From: Psammoneis japonica
Taxonomy: Eukaryota
Direction of reading: 5' to 3'
DNA length: 64,000 bases
Assembly: GCA_008632985.1 (NCBI GenBank)
Contig: QPGO01000034.1
Span: 511,311-575,310 of the forward strand
Position numbers and translations under genes: made by a program. The notes beneath the pieces are model-generated. The model saw nothing but the letters and a program-made list of their open reading frames with translations. It had not been told where the DNA came from and did not search any database. This document shows, in pieces, positions 24,462 through 37,975 of this stretch (positions within the stretch are counted from its first letter, which is position 1; every line of letters begins with the position of its first letter).

Positions 24462-26710
24462 CTACCGGCGGCCTCAACCGGTCCCGGCGTCCGTGACTGA
24501 AATTTCACCACGGTGAAGTACGACAATCGAATAATTCGATTGGACTCAACCGGTCCCGATTTTGCATTAAGGCGGGTCATCCCCGCGTTTATCCTAGAAA
24601 TTATCGTGGCATTTGAATAAGGATATTTATAGTGTTTATTTTTGAATACAAAAATTATTTACATTCACCCCCGATCGCGCACGAAAACGAGAACATCAGG
24701 CACCGTGCTCGAAGCACGACGATGACGGTAATATCGACATAAGTCCAAAACGTAGTGGTCCGTGCGCAAACATTTGATGTATATGTGACCTTAGATACAC
24801 AACAAGCATAAAATAAATGAAAGTTGACGCACGGCCCACCTCCGTCACAGACTTATGGCTTGATGTTTTCACCACGGTGAAGCACGGTGAAATTCAAGAA
24901 AAATCATGCAAATCACGAGCTATTCGGCCAAATTCGAGCTAAAAAAAGTGGGGGATGACCCGCCTTAAAAACGGCATGTTGTACTTTGATGCATCTCGCC
25001 ATGGCATACGTCGTGATGACGATGCGTTATGCAGGGGGGATCTTTTTCTACCATTGTTTTAAAGAGGTTGATATGTTGGTTTGGTTTCCTGGGGTGCTTT
25101 GGTTGCTACACATGCTATAAACGGTTGCGTGCCTCGACTCGTGACTCGATTACGGCACGGTGCTGGTAACATCTGAATGGTCGACAACGTTGCGTGGTAA
25201 GTTCTTTCCATATTTTCTCATTTTATACCGTTTATGCGCTCACTAAAGATGTTGTTGGTGCTTTGTTATAGCTTCATAGGTTCATTGATCGTCTCGTACG
25301 GTTGATTATCGCTTCTGCAATATTGGCATCTTGTTCACGGCGTTTGCACCGCATCAGCGCTCCAAGTAAGGAGCCTTTCGCTTGCTCCCACGCAATGATC
25401 TTTTGTGGAAAGTTTCATATAATATTGTTGGGCTTGTGACACTCTTGGCTTGCTTCTAAGGGACTTGATCGGCTCTTAATAACGGCATTTCGTTTTTCGG
25501 CCATCACAATTTCTGAAAAGTGCATGCATTCAGAATGAAACGATGCGAAGGAGCATCGAGGACACCTATGACGTTGGTATTTGTCAGACAGACGTACCAT
25601 AAACCAAAGAAGCTTTCCCTGTGAGTATGTTGTGATTGATTGAGTTTTGGTCTCGTTTTGACGAAACTCGCATGCCTCACTAGCGTTTTTTGGTGTCTTC
25701 AGTTCATGCGTCAGGCATGTGGTCTATAATGACCCTTTCTTCCTACTCTGCAATGGCATTATCATCACTATCTAAGAAATTATATCGCCCACGCTATTTT
25801 GGGAGATCTTGGTAGTGTATCGACTAGTCTAGGCTTTGCAATGGGTAAAATGGGGAGGTGGAGGCTTTTATGGCCGGGCTCCTCGCCTACTCTTGGATGC
25901 GTGGATGCAACGAACAGCTGGTGGTACTTGATGCAATGAAATTTGGTAATGCAACTCAGAACTACCTCTGAAAGGTGCACTAGTGAGTATACTGTGATTT
26001 GTGTCCTCATTGGCTTATTGTTGTGTGCTTTGTTCCGCTCATATTTTCATTTTGCCTGTCATTTTTTCAGCATGGATATCTAGGACTGCGAGCGCTTAAA
26101 GTGGCCTTTCCATGCCAATGCTCTACACAACTGAAGTCCTTTGATAATAGTTGTTCCTTTGGGGAATCAGATTGTGGATCTTTCAGTATCTAGTGGGGTC
26201 TAGAGAGGTACGAGTTATGGATGCACTGTACCGCTAGAGTGCGCGTGCGCGTGCTTCGCCATTGCGAATGATGACTAACCGATCTTACAGATCTTAGGTG
26301 GAGACAATTGTCCTGGTCTTGCATCCGTGAGGCAACTGTGGAAGTATCAAGGAAACTATCGAATGCATTGTCCATTTGTGATCTTCTACGGGTACTCGAA
26401 GCGGCGTTTTCGGCATTTTCCGTCGACGACGAAAAGCTTGATAATCCATTAAAACGACTCATGGTATTTTGTCATTCTTTGGAGGTATGATAGTATAACT
26501 CTTGGTATTGTAGTTTTCTTTAGTGGTATGATTGTATCGCTTGTCCGTCGGAACAAACTACCGGTATCTTGCGTTGTCATTGCGCTGTGGGGTTGATGCG
26601 GCGCAGCGGCGCTCGGAATTCAAATCGAGCGAGCGTCCGTCAGTCAGCCGGCGGGACCGGCCGGTTGAGGCAGCGGGACCGGTTGAGATATGAGGCCGCC
26701 GGTATGGTAG
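24462..26710. mobile_element. Putative non-autonomous TIR element (~2.25 kb) with imperfect GC-rich TIRs
   Basis: Left CTACCGGCGGCCTCAACCGGTCCCG; right end (reverse complement) CTACCATACCGGCGGCCTCATATCTCAACCGGTCCCG. CAAG flanks both sides (24458-24461, 26711-26714). No intact ORF inside. Confidence 0.55.
24571..24964. mobile_element. 394-bp MITE with 14-bp perfect TIRs and TTAA flanks (Kolobok-like termini)
   Basis: TTAA|GGCGGGTCATCCCC ... GGGGATGACCCGCC|TTAA. Confidence 0.8.
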
Positions 26711-26832
26711 CAAGCGACAAGCGACGCGTCAACAATGAGATGATCATCTTCAGTCTCTAGCTAGTAGAGAGTGGGAGGTTTCTCGTGGAGTCATCATCTG
26801 ATAAAAAGATCCTTCAAAAGCTCACCACCACA

Positions 26833-29265
26833 ATGCTTATGAATACCTCAAGTTTCCTTTGCATCGCAGTACTTTTAATGGCGAGTTGCCACGCTTTCGT
26901 TACGAACTGGAACTCTGATGTTTGTCGGCGGTCTTTATGCAGTTCAGATCCGTCTCAAATCAATTCAATGCTAAAAATACGCAGCATCTGCGAGTGTCTA
27001 CCGCTAGTAAGCTTGGTCACACCATCTTTCAGAATGAGCAACAATCGAATGAGGGTGTTTTATTCCGAGAATGATGAAGACATGGATGATGACGAAGCCC
27101 CAGACGTTGACATTTCAGACTTTGTACCGCCAAGGTCTATATCATTCGGTTATAATCGTGGTCGCTCAGCTCCCTCACAGCGCAAAGCGATGGGAACTTC
27201 TCGATCCGGTTCTACCTCGGTTTACGTTTGCACAAATTGTGGAAGCGAATATGTCAAGTATTACGGTAGATGTGCGAACGTAAGTACGAGTCTTGTATAT
27301 AACAAATGAATCGTCTCTAACACATCTGGTTCCTATCATGCTATGCTATATTCTTACAGTGTCGAAAATGGAACACATTGCAAGAGTTCCAAGTGCAACG
27401 AGGAGTTCAAGCTCCGCCCGGACGTCCCAGTTTCCAATCCAGCACCTCGTTTTCTAATCGACCCATGTCATGGCTTGATGACGCCCAGGACAGCTGTGGC
27501 GGTGCTTTAAACCAGCCAATTCGTGTAACAGATGTCTACAAGGAAATCATTCCGGCGGGTGACAGCAAGAAGCGTCAAGGAAATTTTGCGCAAAGCGAAC
27601 GGAGAGTGCGTGTCCCGGGAGACGAGGAACTGAACAATGTCATGGGTGGAGGAATCATGTCGGGTTCCTTGACGCTACTTGGTGGAGATCCAGGGGTGGT
27701 AAGAAACAGCTGTCGAACAATCTGGCTGCAGACTTACCGGTATGCCTGCAGTGACTTACTCGACTTTTGTGACTGAACAGGGCAAGAGTACGTTGTTGCT
27801 ACAGACCGCGGGAAGCATTGCCTCAATGTCAGCCCCGACTCGTGGGATTGGGATGGGGTCTGAACCAGAGGATTCTTCGCAAAGAAGTTTAGGACCTGTC
27901 TGGTACGTGTCTGGAGAAGAGAATGCCGAGCAAATTGCAGCCCGAGCTGTTCGACTAGGCATTGATGAATCGGAACTGTGGCTACACAGCGAAATCCACG
28001 CTGACACCCTTGCCGATCAAGTGGTCGCCTCCTACCAACAGCCCATCACAACGGAGGATGGCGAGATCATTCCTGGACAAGCGCCAAAACCCCCAACATT
28101 GGTGGTAATCGACAGTATCCAAACTATGATTTGTAATGCTGGTGGAACTTCTGCAGCTGGTGGGGTTACCCAGGTGAGATCACGTCGTATCGTTTCGGGC
28201 TGCTTCGAATCTCCTGTAGCAATAATTTCTTACCGTACTCGCGCTTTTGCGACACGTACACGATAGGTTCGAGAATGTGTTGCTCTCTTTCTTCGGCTAG
28301 CCAAATCCACGGGAATACCCATATTCCTAGTTGGGCACGTGACAAAGAGCGGAGATGTGGCGGGACCGCGCACTGTCGAACACATGGTGGATTGCGTGCT
28401 GTATCTGGAAGGTGGAGATAGTTTGGGTGGGGCCCACTTGCGCATGCTTAGAGCATCAAAGAATCGTTTCGGTTCTTCTGATGAAGTGGGAGTTTATGAA
28501 ATGTCGAGTGGAAGACTCTGTCCCGTATCGGATCCCTCCTCCCTTTTTCTGTCCAACAGGATTGACACTCGAGATTCAGAAGGTTGCGCAGTCTCGCTAA
28601 TACTGGAGGGGCATAGATCAATGACAGTGGAAGTGCAAGCACTTGTGACTCCAGTTAGCTCCATGGGTAGCGGATATGGTCGACGAACTGTTGGAGGTAT
28701 TGCCGTTTCGCGTGTCTTGTTGCTTCTTGGGGTGCTGCAGAAAAGATGCGGCATGTACTTTGCACGACAGGATGTTTACGTCAACGTCGTTGGAGGAATT
28801 CAGCTTCACCGGGGATCACAAGAAGGCAGTGCTTCTGACCTTTCAGCCGCATTGGCACTTGTAAGTAGTTTGACTGCGATCCCGGTGCGCTCTGATACGG
28901 CCTTTGTTGGGGAGGTCGGCTTGTTGGGAGAGCTACGACCAGTTTCAGCGATTGAGAAGCGCCTCGGTGAAGCTCGCCGAATGGGATTCTCCCGGATTGT
29001 TACTCCGAGAAGTGGTTCAAAGAAAGGTTCCAAGTGTGATGAATTTCAATCAATGAGAAAGTCTGTGGTGAACGGAATTGAATGGCTTGAATGTGAGACG
29101 CTCATGGATGCAATCAAAGTTGGCCTTGTTAGGGAGATACCAAAACGTAGAAAAGGCGGCAAGAGAAACACAAAGGAGGGGACCGAAGCACCGGGAAACC
29201 TTCAAGAACTAATGCTGGACGAGATATATGACGACCGTGATGACGATGAAGAAGGGTTTGAGTGA
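26833..29265 (+). CDS. radA: DNA repair protein RadA/Sms (bacterial type), predicted plastid-targeted; multi-exon
   Basis: Zn finger YVCTNCG..GRCAN|CRKWNT, Walker A GGDPGV|GKST, YVSGEE, VIDSIQT, GHVTKSGDVAGPRTVEHMVD, KNRFG, Lon-like GEVGLLGELR. N-terminal signal ...ASCHA-F. Confidence 0.93.
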
Positions 29266-29331
29266 CCGATACACAGCTTTAATAGCATCAAAAGTTGCTA
29301 TGAGTACATGATTTTGAGCCACAACAGAGCC

Positions 29332-30645
29332 TTAGGTCTTTCTTCGTTTCCGCGCAATCTCGTCTTCTGAGCTTGTGTCCATGTCGGAAGAGTTTTGTCG
29401 TTTATTTGATGGGTTGCTGAAGGAACGGGAGGTGGCCAATACTTTCGCACTGCGCTTCCACCTAGCTCGTTGCGTCATTTCAATGGTTGGAGGCAAGATT
29501 GGCGCCAACTTGGACACAGAAGGAAGCATTGGACGAGATAGGTGCGCAAGAAGTACCCTGAAGGCAGTTTCAAAGGACCGCTGAACCGTTTGCATTCGAA
29601 ATGACGCCCGTCCCACGTCCGCGGTAGGCTCCAATGGGTTCTCAAGTGCAAGAGAAAATGGTCTTGACGGCTGCCAGAAGTTCTCGATTCGGTCTTTTTG
29701 TCCTTTCGGGAAATAGTAGCCATCCCGCTGTACCGATATGCCCGTAGTAACATAATTAAAGTCAATTCCGTAAAGTTCCAGGAACTCCACCAACAGACAA
29801 CCCAAATTGGCAAGGCACGGTCTCTTGAAATTATACCCATCACGTTCGCGGTGCTGCAAGAACGACACAATCATGAGCTGAAGCATAAAAGAGCCAACTC
29901 CGCCGGTGTATGGCTCATTCATGCCACGCGCGTCCATAAAGTATTTGAGAACAAAAGTGAGAGGACGAAGAGGTGGGAGTGCTTCCATATATGTTTTCAT
30001 AAGCTCCGCCGCCTTCGGTCCCGTCTCTTGATCCACACAGATATCAATCTGTATGTTCGACTTAGCGTGAACAAATTTGACGATGGGAATTCTTGTTTTT
30101 TCAATAGCCTCGAGATAGGATAAGTCGTGTCGCCACTCGTTGCGCAATAACTCTGCAATTTGAGCTATTGGAGAACCTACCGGCGCATCCCAAGCATCCA
30201 TTTCATCTTTCTCCGCCGCCTTCTTTTTTGTGTCAGCGTCTGTCTTTTGATCCTCTGCGTGGTTTGTGAATTGAACAACCAGGTCAATATCAGAGTTTGG
30301 AAGACATAACCCTGTTGCTTGTGAGCCAAAGACAACAACTCGACACTTGTCTGGGCCCCACATTTTGTGTATTAATGCTCTTACTTTCTCCACGAGCTCG
30401 TTGCGTTGCTTCATCTCCTCAGGTAGAGGTTCCATAAGCTCACAAAATCCAACAATTTCATTGTGCAGTGCAACCAATGGGTTGATTCCAAATGTTTCAC
30501 GCTCCATCCATGGCGGAATCATCTGCGGACCGCGGATAAGCTGCTCTTTCGGTGTGCTTGCCGTGCTGGGAGGCGTTTCCTCTGACTCTGCGTCCTTGCC
30601 AAAAGAGAGGAAATCAGCATTCTTCCAGCTTTCACTCGAATCCAT
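29332..30645 (-). CDS. Non-canonical poly(A) polymerase, Trf4/PAPD5 (TENT4) family
   Basis: LHNEIVGF, VFGSQATGLCLPNSDIDLVV, RIPIVKF, NEPYTGGVGSF, NLGCLLVEFLELYG, LENPLEPTADVG. Confidence 0.92.
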   Translation of the reverse strand: MDSSESWKNADFLSFGKDAESEETPPSTASTPKEQLIRGPQMIPPWMERETFGINPLVALHNEIVGFCELMEPLPEEMKQRNELVEKVRALIHKMWGPDKCRVVVFGSQATGLCLPNSDIDLVVQFTNHAEDQKTDADTKKKAAEKDEMDAWDAPVGSPIAQIAELLRNEWRHDLSYLEAIEKTRIPIVKFVHAKSNIQIDICVDQETGPKAAELMKTYMEALPPLRPLTFVLKYFMDARGMNEPYTGGVGSFMLQLMIVSFLQHRERDGYNFKRPCLANLGCLLVEFLELYGIDFNYVTTGISVQRDGYYFPKGQKDRIENFWQPSRPFSLALENPLEPTADVGRASFRMQTVQRSFETAFRVLLAHLSRPMLPSVSKLAPILPPTIEMTQRARWKRSAKVLATSRSFSNPSNKRQNSSDMDTSSEDEIARKRRKT

Positions 30646-31161
30646 GTCGGCGTCGGTATTCTCCGTGGTTTCAAATCCTATCTACGTTGCCCCATTGTCA
30701 TTCCGGTAGATAAGCACAAGGCCCACACCAAGCAACACAACGACGAAGTGTGTGTGAAGTGTGAATAAGGCAAAAAAAGCATAAAAATCCATTAAACATT
30801 GGTACAGTAAACCAAATTTGAATGCTTTTTAATCAGTTTTTCGACATATTTTTTTCAACTTTTGATCCTATTTCTTTATTTTTTGCTCGTTTTGTAGAGC
30901 TCGAAAAGCGCGTACTTTACGTGGGCAAATGTACTGAACAAGCGCGATCTCTGTTGCGTAAAATTCGGAAGAAGCAAAAAGTCACAGCAAGATCAGTTTC
31001 TACGCGCATGCCACGTGCGGTAGGGCCCTACTCATTCACGTATTTCTACGAAGAACGGCATTGCAAGCGGTGTGTTGCGGTTTTGATCGATCTCGTGGTC
31101 ACTTCAGTACTTCTTACCTTATCCTTAGTTGCGTCTCTTGTCTGTTTACTTATTCGTCGCC

Positions 31162-31909
31162 ATGTTCCTCGTCGACTGGTGGTACAGCGCTCTTGCGAGC
31201 TTAGGTGCGTTTTCGATTGACGTGACAATGAGACGGTGTTTTGCTTCGCGTGCCGAGGATGAGTGTTTTTCCTACGTGGGAAACGTACGGACGTCTACGC
31301 GACGCTGCATCCGACCGACTTCATCATCATGCCGAACGATCTTATCCACTTTCCTCTGCCTTTTGCTGTGCAGGTCTCTATCATAAAAATGCCAAGATCC
31401 TATTTCTTGGTCTGGACAATGCCGGAAAGACTACGCTGCTCCATATGCTGAAAGAGAACCGCGTTCAGGCGCATGTGCCCACACTCCACCCCAACACGGA
31501 CGAGTTGATTATTGGAAAGATCAAGTTCAAGACCTTTGACCTGGGAGGACACGAGACGGCGCGACGTTTGTGGCAGGATTACTTTACCACCGTCGACGGT
31601 GTTGTCTATCTAGTAGATGCCATTGATCGTGAACGTTTCCCCGAGGCCAAGAAGGAACTCGATGCCCTGCTGACTTCGGATGAACTCTGTGACGTGCCAT
31701 TTTTGGTCTTGGGTAACAAGATTGATATGCCTACTGCTGCGTCAGAGGAAGAACTGAAATACGCATTGGGATTGGTCGATACTTATGGAAAAGATACAAA
31801 GCCTGATAAGGATTCTGGCGTTCGTCCCATTGAGCTTTACATGTGTTCTGTTATCAGACGGATGGGGTATGCAGACGGATTCAAGTGGTTGTCCCAGTTC
31901 CTTTCGTAA
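31162..31909 (+). CDS. SAR1: Small GTPase SAR1 (COPII); intron 31205-31373
   Basis: [63 protein letters not shown]. Confidence 0.97.
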
Positions 31910-32127
31910 CTTGCTTGCGCTCAAGGCTGGCTTGTACGAAAGGACTGAATGGCTTATAGAGTATTGCTGTCGTGAAGTCAGATCACAGTACACCCTGTCT
32001 TGAAAATTCAACACCAGTTTGGCGTCTCTCACAAAAGATGTTAATGCTAATGAATTGTTGATGGTGTATGAAGCAACCAGCTTTTCGAATACCTGATTGA
32101 TAAAATTATGCTGTCGAAATGACAAGT

Positions 32128-35100
32128 CTATTTATTTTGCCATTTACTCCTGTTCAGACTTATCATGTCGAACTGATCGTCGACTTTGCTGTACAGGAAA
32201 ACAGTCATATGCGATCTCGAGGCGTGCTTATTGTTCCCGTCACTCTGCGACGGCCTTCTAACAATGCTGTCCATGGCCATTGACAAATTTTTGAGTATAC
32301 GCTTGTGCTTTGGGTAAGTTTCGGTGGTTTCCATGGCAGCTCCTTGAGAACTGGGTTCTCCCCTTCTCATTACACAAGTTCCAAAATCACGGAGCACCCA
32401 AAACGGCAAATCAGCAGCAATAACAGGTGTGGCCTCCCCTCCCTTCCGTTTGCTCGCATCTGCAAGCTCGTCCAAAAAAGATTCGCTTCGCTGAGTGATT
32501 CCTTTCAACGCCTTCAGGACTGACTTGTGCCTCGGATCGTTCTTCTGCGTCTGCTTCTCGCTACTGTAATACTGGTCGTGGTCCACGAAAATACACTCGA
32601 CGACCGCTTTTCGCACAGAACCTACTTCCTCCGGCAGTGCAGACCGCTGTTGCGATTCGATTTGCTCGGATGTAAAAACTTCGGCATCACCAGTCAAAGT
32701 CTTTGAATGATCTTTAATGGTAGAGGCGAGCTTGTCCAGCAATACGACTTCCTCGCTTGACGCAGTGCCCATGGTGGACGCTGTTTGATCAGAAAACACA
32801 CGCCTTAGCCGCACGGCCCCTTTATCCTTTAGAAGATGAGGCTGCACAATAACAACAAAGGGTATCTTCAGAATAGCACATACGCCATAGAGCTCGTCAA
32901 GTGACCAGTCCTGGAATTAGGTATGACAGAGACAATCCTAAGAAAGGATTCGTGCAAAACGGAAAGGAAAATGCACACATCGTGACCTACGCTTTCTCGC
33001 GTCCCTATCCAACCGGATTCTCTCCGTTGCTGTCCAACTAAGCTCATAATGACACCACTCTGTGGCATGTACTCGGCTGCAATCGAGTTCGCCCATAGTC
33101 TTGATGCGACCAAAAGACGCTCCGACGAGCTCCCAGCATCCATTCCATCCCCGGATGCGACTATGCACGTTACCGTCGAGAGGTGCGACAACGGATGTCC
33201 CAGCCCTCGTCGAATTATCTCCATTCCCTGCGAGGACGGGTCCGTTGTATTCCAGCTTTCGCCCTGACCCGTCGACCCGTGATGAAAAGATGCATCAACA
33301 TACACTTTCTCGACAAATCTGCCGACAAAGAATCTCACACCGACGCACTATTATTTGAAGGGAATGGGGAAACAATATTAAGAAACAGAGTAATGACCTT
33401 AGAAGAGAGAAAAATGAACAGTTGCTTACCATAGGGAGATATGCAGTCGTGTAATGGTTAAAAAATGCCGTACCAAAGTTCCCGGGCGGTTTGTACCTTC
33501 GCACCAGATCATCGTAGCGCCCTCCTTCGGCAACCTTGGTTCCTACTCCAACGTTTGACAATAGCACATCATTTGTTTCAAAAGCAGCTTCATCGGCATT
33601 TTGGAAATAGTCGTCTGGAAGTACGACAGCCTGAAAGTAGACGTGTCCATGAAAATGCTTTCGTCGCTGCCTTAAGCCCAGATCCAATGAGGCATAAAGA
33701 GGTCTGTTGACCCCTTCATCATCGTCGTCAGACGAGATTTCTGTTGAAGAATATCGAGGTGCGATTCTCAAATCGTCCATTTTCTGGGAGAGATTCCTTA
33801 AAGATTTGATACTTCTTACAACGTCTTCGTAGCGTTTGAATATTCGCGAATCCTCCTTCTTCTTCTTCTCTGCGTCTAAATTCTTCAACTTTCCCGTTGC
33901 CGAAATAATGTTGTCGAGAGCTTTGTTCATATCAAGAGGTAAGGGAAGGCAGCCATTCGTCAGGAAGAGAAGCAGCCGATCAGCGGCATTTCGTGGAAGT
34001 CCATCGTCCTGTACAATAAGTTCAATTTGTTGGGAGACATCAGACACAATCTGTTGCGACCGCGAGGTGTAAGAGTCCCTCTTGCAGCTAGTAACGCTGT
34101 TTGATCTAGTCCTCCTCGTAGAAATTGACTGTGACAGAAAAGCTGGTGGACATGCCGAAAAGCGCGTGAATAATTGAAGACAAATCTTTCTGAGAGATTC
34201 CTTTTGAGGTACACCGCAGATTTCCAGTATCGCGTCCGCAAGACGCGTGTGAGTAAGCCTGAGAAACCAAAGAGGCGTCCGCAGTTTCTTACACTGAACC
34301 TCGGCTCTTTTCCCTGTACATGGCGGAATAGTAGAAAGAAGCAAGAGCTGCTAAAGTTAGGCGGCCGCCAGTTCTTCGGAGAACAAGAAACGGGAGTCAC
34401 GAAGTATACGCTTTACCTTGCGTTGAGACTGATGCCAAGATTTGGTTCAACACCATCAAAGCCTCTCCTTCAAGTTGGTCGCTCTTTATGCTGTAATCCT
34501 CACATACAATGTCGAATGTTGCCTCAAGGCTTTCTCTGGGATGGCCTCCTACAAGAGACTTGTGGTAGACACGGTCAATGTCATACCTCTTGAGATGCGA
34601 TGTAGCGGCCCCACCTCTACCTACGGAGCGAGCAAACGACGCTGTCAAATCTTCCGGGAGGAGCACCACTGTCCCTCTCGAGTTCAAAATCTCAGCAGGC
34701 CCTCCCATTGTTGCCTGTGTGGAAGCACTCCAACGCGGTCGGAGCAGCGGGCTTCGCAGGTGGACTGCGCCGTGGGACTGAAACACCGACGCCATTACAG
34801 AACAAATGGATTCAACAACCCGAGGATCAGCTCCGTGAATACCATCAGCAGTTCCTGTAACTGCTGCGGACGTTGCGGCATTCATTGACAGAATACCAGC
34901 CGTTCTTCTCGACGACCGCTTCAAGACTCCCTTACCGGCAAATTTTCCAGTGGGTTTGGCACGGGTGAGAGAATTTGCCGCTGCAATCATCGAAGAAGCA
35001 CTCATTGCCAAAGAACGGATAGACTCCATATCTGTTGCCACACGAACCTCACTGATTGCGTGCACAAGTCTTTCCATCGGCGTAGGACTTCGTTTGCGTC

Positions 35101-37696
35101 CGACGGTACTCCCAACATTGTGAGCCTTCGCTGCGACATCAGTATCAAAGGTAACTTCGATGGAGTACGGTGTGGACCGCGCGAACATGGCTCGAAGAAT
35201 TTCCATGTAACTATCAGATTGAGGGTTTGCCAGTGTCTGTAATGCTTCCTCGAGATATTTTTGCTCGAGCTCGATCTTTCGAGGGAGGGCATCGCTATGA
35301 AGAAGATCTTCGGCTGAAGGACGCTTCGAAGGGTTTCGTTCAAGGCACCAAAGAATCATCTTCTGAGCACTTTCCGGAGCCACTTTTAGAAAAGACTCAG
35401 GAAATCTCCGTGCTGCTCTTTCGGTCCAGCTAGATTCGTTGTAAAGTGACGAGAGCGGAAGTTTCTCCCCGGCTGTATGTTCGGCAAAAGTGTCTTCTGA
35501 GACATCCTTCGACCCCTGAAAGGGTATGGCGGCAATGTTGCCGTGATCGCCTCGGATCCTTGTAAGGATTTCAGCCCTTTCCATGTACGTAGCAAAAGGC
35601 GGATGAAACATCTCAAATAGAATGATGCCGAGGCTGAATATATCTGCTTTCATATCATATGAAGTGTCCCCTTTCGTAGCGACTCCCTCCTGCTCGGGGG
35701 CCCTATAGAAAGTAGTGCCGACTCCACCAGTCATTGATTCTGCATTTGAAGAATGATCCAGTTCCTGTGTAGACCCAAGCAACCCGCTGATATCTTCGAT
35801 TGCGTCGTACAGGTTGGCTTGGGAAGCCTGTGCATGATCTTCTTTCGCATTTTCCGCCTTCACTCTATTCGTCGTTGCAAGACCAAAGTCTCCGAGGCGA
35901 ACATTCCCCTCGTACATAAAGAGATTCGAAGGCTTGAGGTCCCTGTGGATCACTTTCCTACTGTGAACGTACACCAGTGCCTCTAAAATTTGCCGTACCA
36001 TTCGCCAAACTTCGTTCTCCCCCATATTTGCTACAGCGGAAGTGTCGATAAGATTTCGAAGAGTGGTAGAACAGTACTCCATTTGGATGTACAAAATGCG
36101 TTGGTTCCCTGCTGGGTTAATTTTCTGCGAGGACTCGTCCCAAGTGGCTGAGGCCGACTCATCAGTTGTTTCATTTCGCCTTGTCGTGTCAGAAACAAGC
36201 CCTTGAAGTTCTGGTGTGTGGATCCCAATACCCGCCAAAGTCGGGCTTCCGAAAGCAAAGTCGCTTTCATGCTCGAGATAGTCCACTGTGGATTCTCCCC
36301 GTCGGCTCCGTCTTTTCTTGTCACCTACGAACGGGTTGCTCAAGTCGATTGAATCATCGATTTCGTTTTCGTTGTCCCAGCTACCACTATCGAAGGAATT
36401 CGAGGATTCGTCGCTACTAGTCATGCTCTTTTCACTAGATGCTGCTTCCTTTTTTGCTGAGCCAGCTAGTTTGGTCAACAGAAAATCTTCTGACGGAGAA
36501 TTGGTCCACCACCCAGCGCTAGAATCAGCATCGGAAATGCTTTGTCCATCGTCCTCCACGGACTGCTCCTGATCAACCGGGCCACCTATCTCTAAACTAT
36601 CACGATCGCCTCCTTCTACCCAAGCTTGATAATACCGAACAATATTTTTATGTGTCATTCGAGAAATCGTGGTAACTTCTCTGCGCAACTTCCGGTTTTG
36701 AGCCGCTCCCACGCTCTCTGGCAGAAGCAGAACTTTCTTAACAGCATAAAGACGTCGATCAAGCCGATTTCGAACTTTCACAACTTCTCCACCACCGCCC
36801 CTGCCCAAAAGACCTAGTTCGATAAAATCTGTCTGATATCTGGAGCCGATTAAGGGTGCTGGAGCGTCCTGGTCGTCATCAAACTCGTCCTCGTCGTCAA
36901 GTTCAAACATGTCTTCTTCCCCACTTTCATTAAAAAGAGATCTACCGTCGATTTCTCCCATCTGTCCCTGTTGCCGACTAACGGCTGCCAAAGCTTCCAT
37001 TTGACGAGCGATCTCGCGCTCGACCTCATTTCCTTCTCGTTGGTGCATGTTTGCATTGTCACCTACGTCGCTTGGCCTCGCCGAAAAACTGTGATTGCGA
37101 CTATCATGCAGAATCTTTTTAATTTCATCTTCTCGTTCTATCTTCATCCTGTTCTCCATGTCCTTTTCTTCAGCTTCCCTGGCCTTCATCTTTTCCCAAG
37201 CCGACATTTTCGCTTCTGCGGGATCTTTGTTGTGACTAAGTAGGAAATCCTCGGTGACCTGAACGAGCTCACATATCATAAGAGAGCCGGTCTGTGCACA
37301 ATCCTTTGCGCGGGCCAAAAGATTCACAAGCAGCTGTTTTGTTTCTTCCGGGTGCAATCCTTTCACGTTCTGTATCTCAATTGATGGAACGACATATGGG
37401 TATTGTTTTCCAAGCTGAACAGAAATAGTAAGCTCGCTCCCCACGCGTTCCCTTTCGATGTCTGGTGGACGAACGTGAACAGCAAATTTCGCACACCCCC
37501 AAACTCCAGTTTGTCGCGTGAAGTCATCACCATACACAGCTTTTAGAACCGTCTCTTCATCGGTACGTAAAACTGACAGGTCTTCGAAAGAGGGAACAAC
37601 AATCTGATGTGACGCCTCTTGCTTCTCTGCGAGCTCGCTGCTTTCGCTACCACTGCTAACGTCATCTTGCAACGCATCAAAACGACCGGCTTTCAT
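32128..37696 (-). CDS. GCN2: eIF2-alpha kinase GCN2 (RWD, kinase with insert, HisRS-like domains); multi-exon
   Basis: RWD (L..VYG..YPYVVP), SRYQTDFIELGLLGRGGGG, RLYAVKK, LYIQMEYC, HRDLKPSN, GDFGLA, GVGTTFYRAPE, HisRS-like DLTASFAR..GGHPRE..FDIV..AEGGRYD. 3' exon boundaries approximate. Confidence 0.93.
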
Positions 37697-37975
37697 GGAG
37701 CCAAAGTGATGCAAGACAACGCCAGAGAAAAGTCGAACAAGAACAATGTTGCAACGTGAATCATCAATGTCATCGTCGTGGGATCATGCATGCCTTTCCT
37801 CTGCATGTTGTGTTAGAATGTCGTGCTGACGGTTGTCGTGGTTCTCGTGCAACTGTTGGGTCTTTCTGCCTGCACGCCATGTATCCATACATACACAGTG
37901 CCAATCGCGGCCAAAAAGCAAAAGAAGCCACTTCCATTCTCCTTCGTCCCCGAGTTCCGACGGATGCAAGATGCA

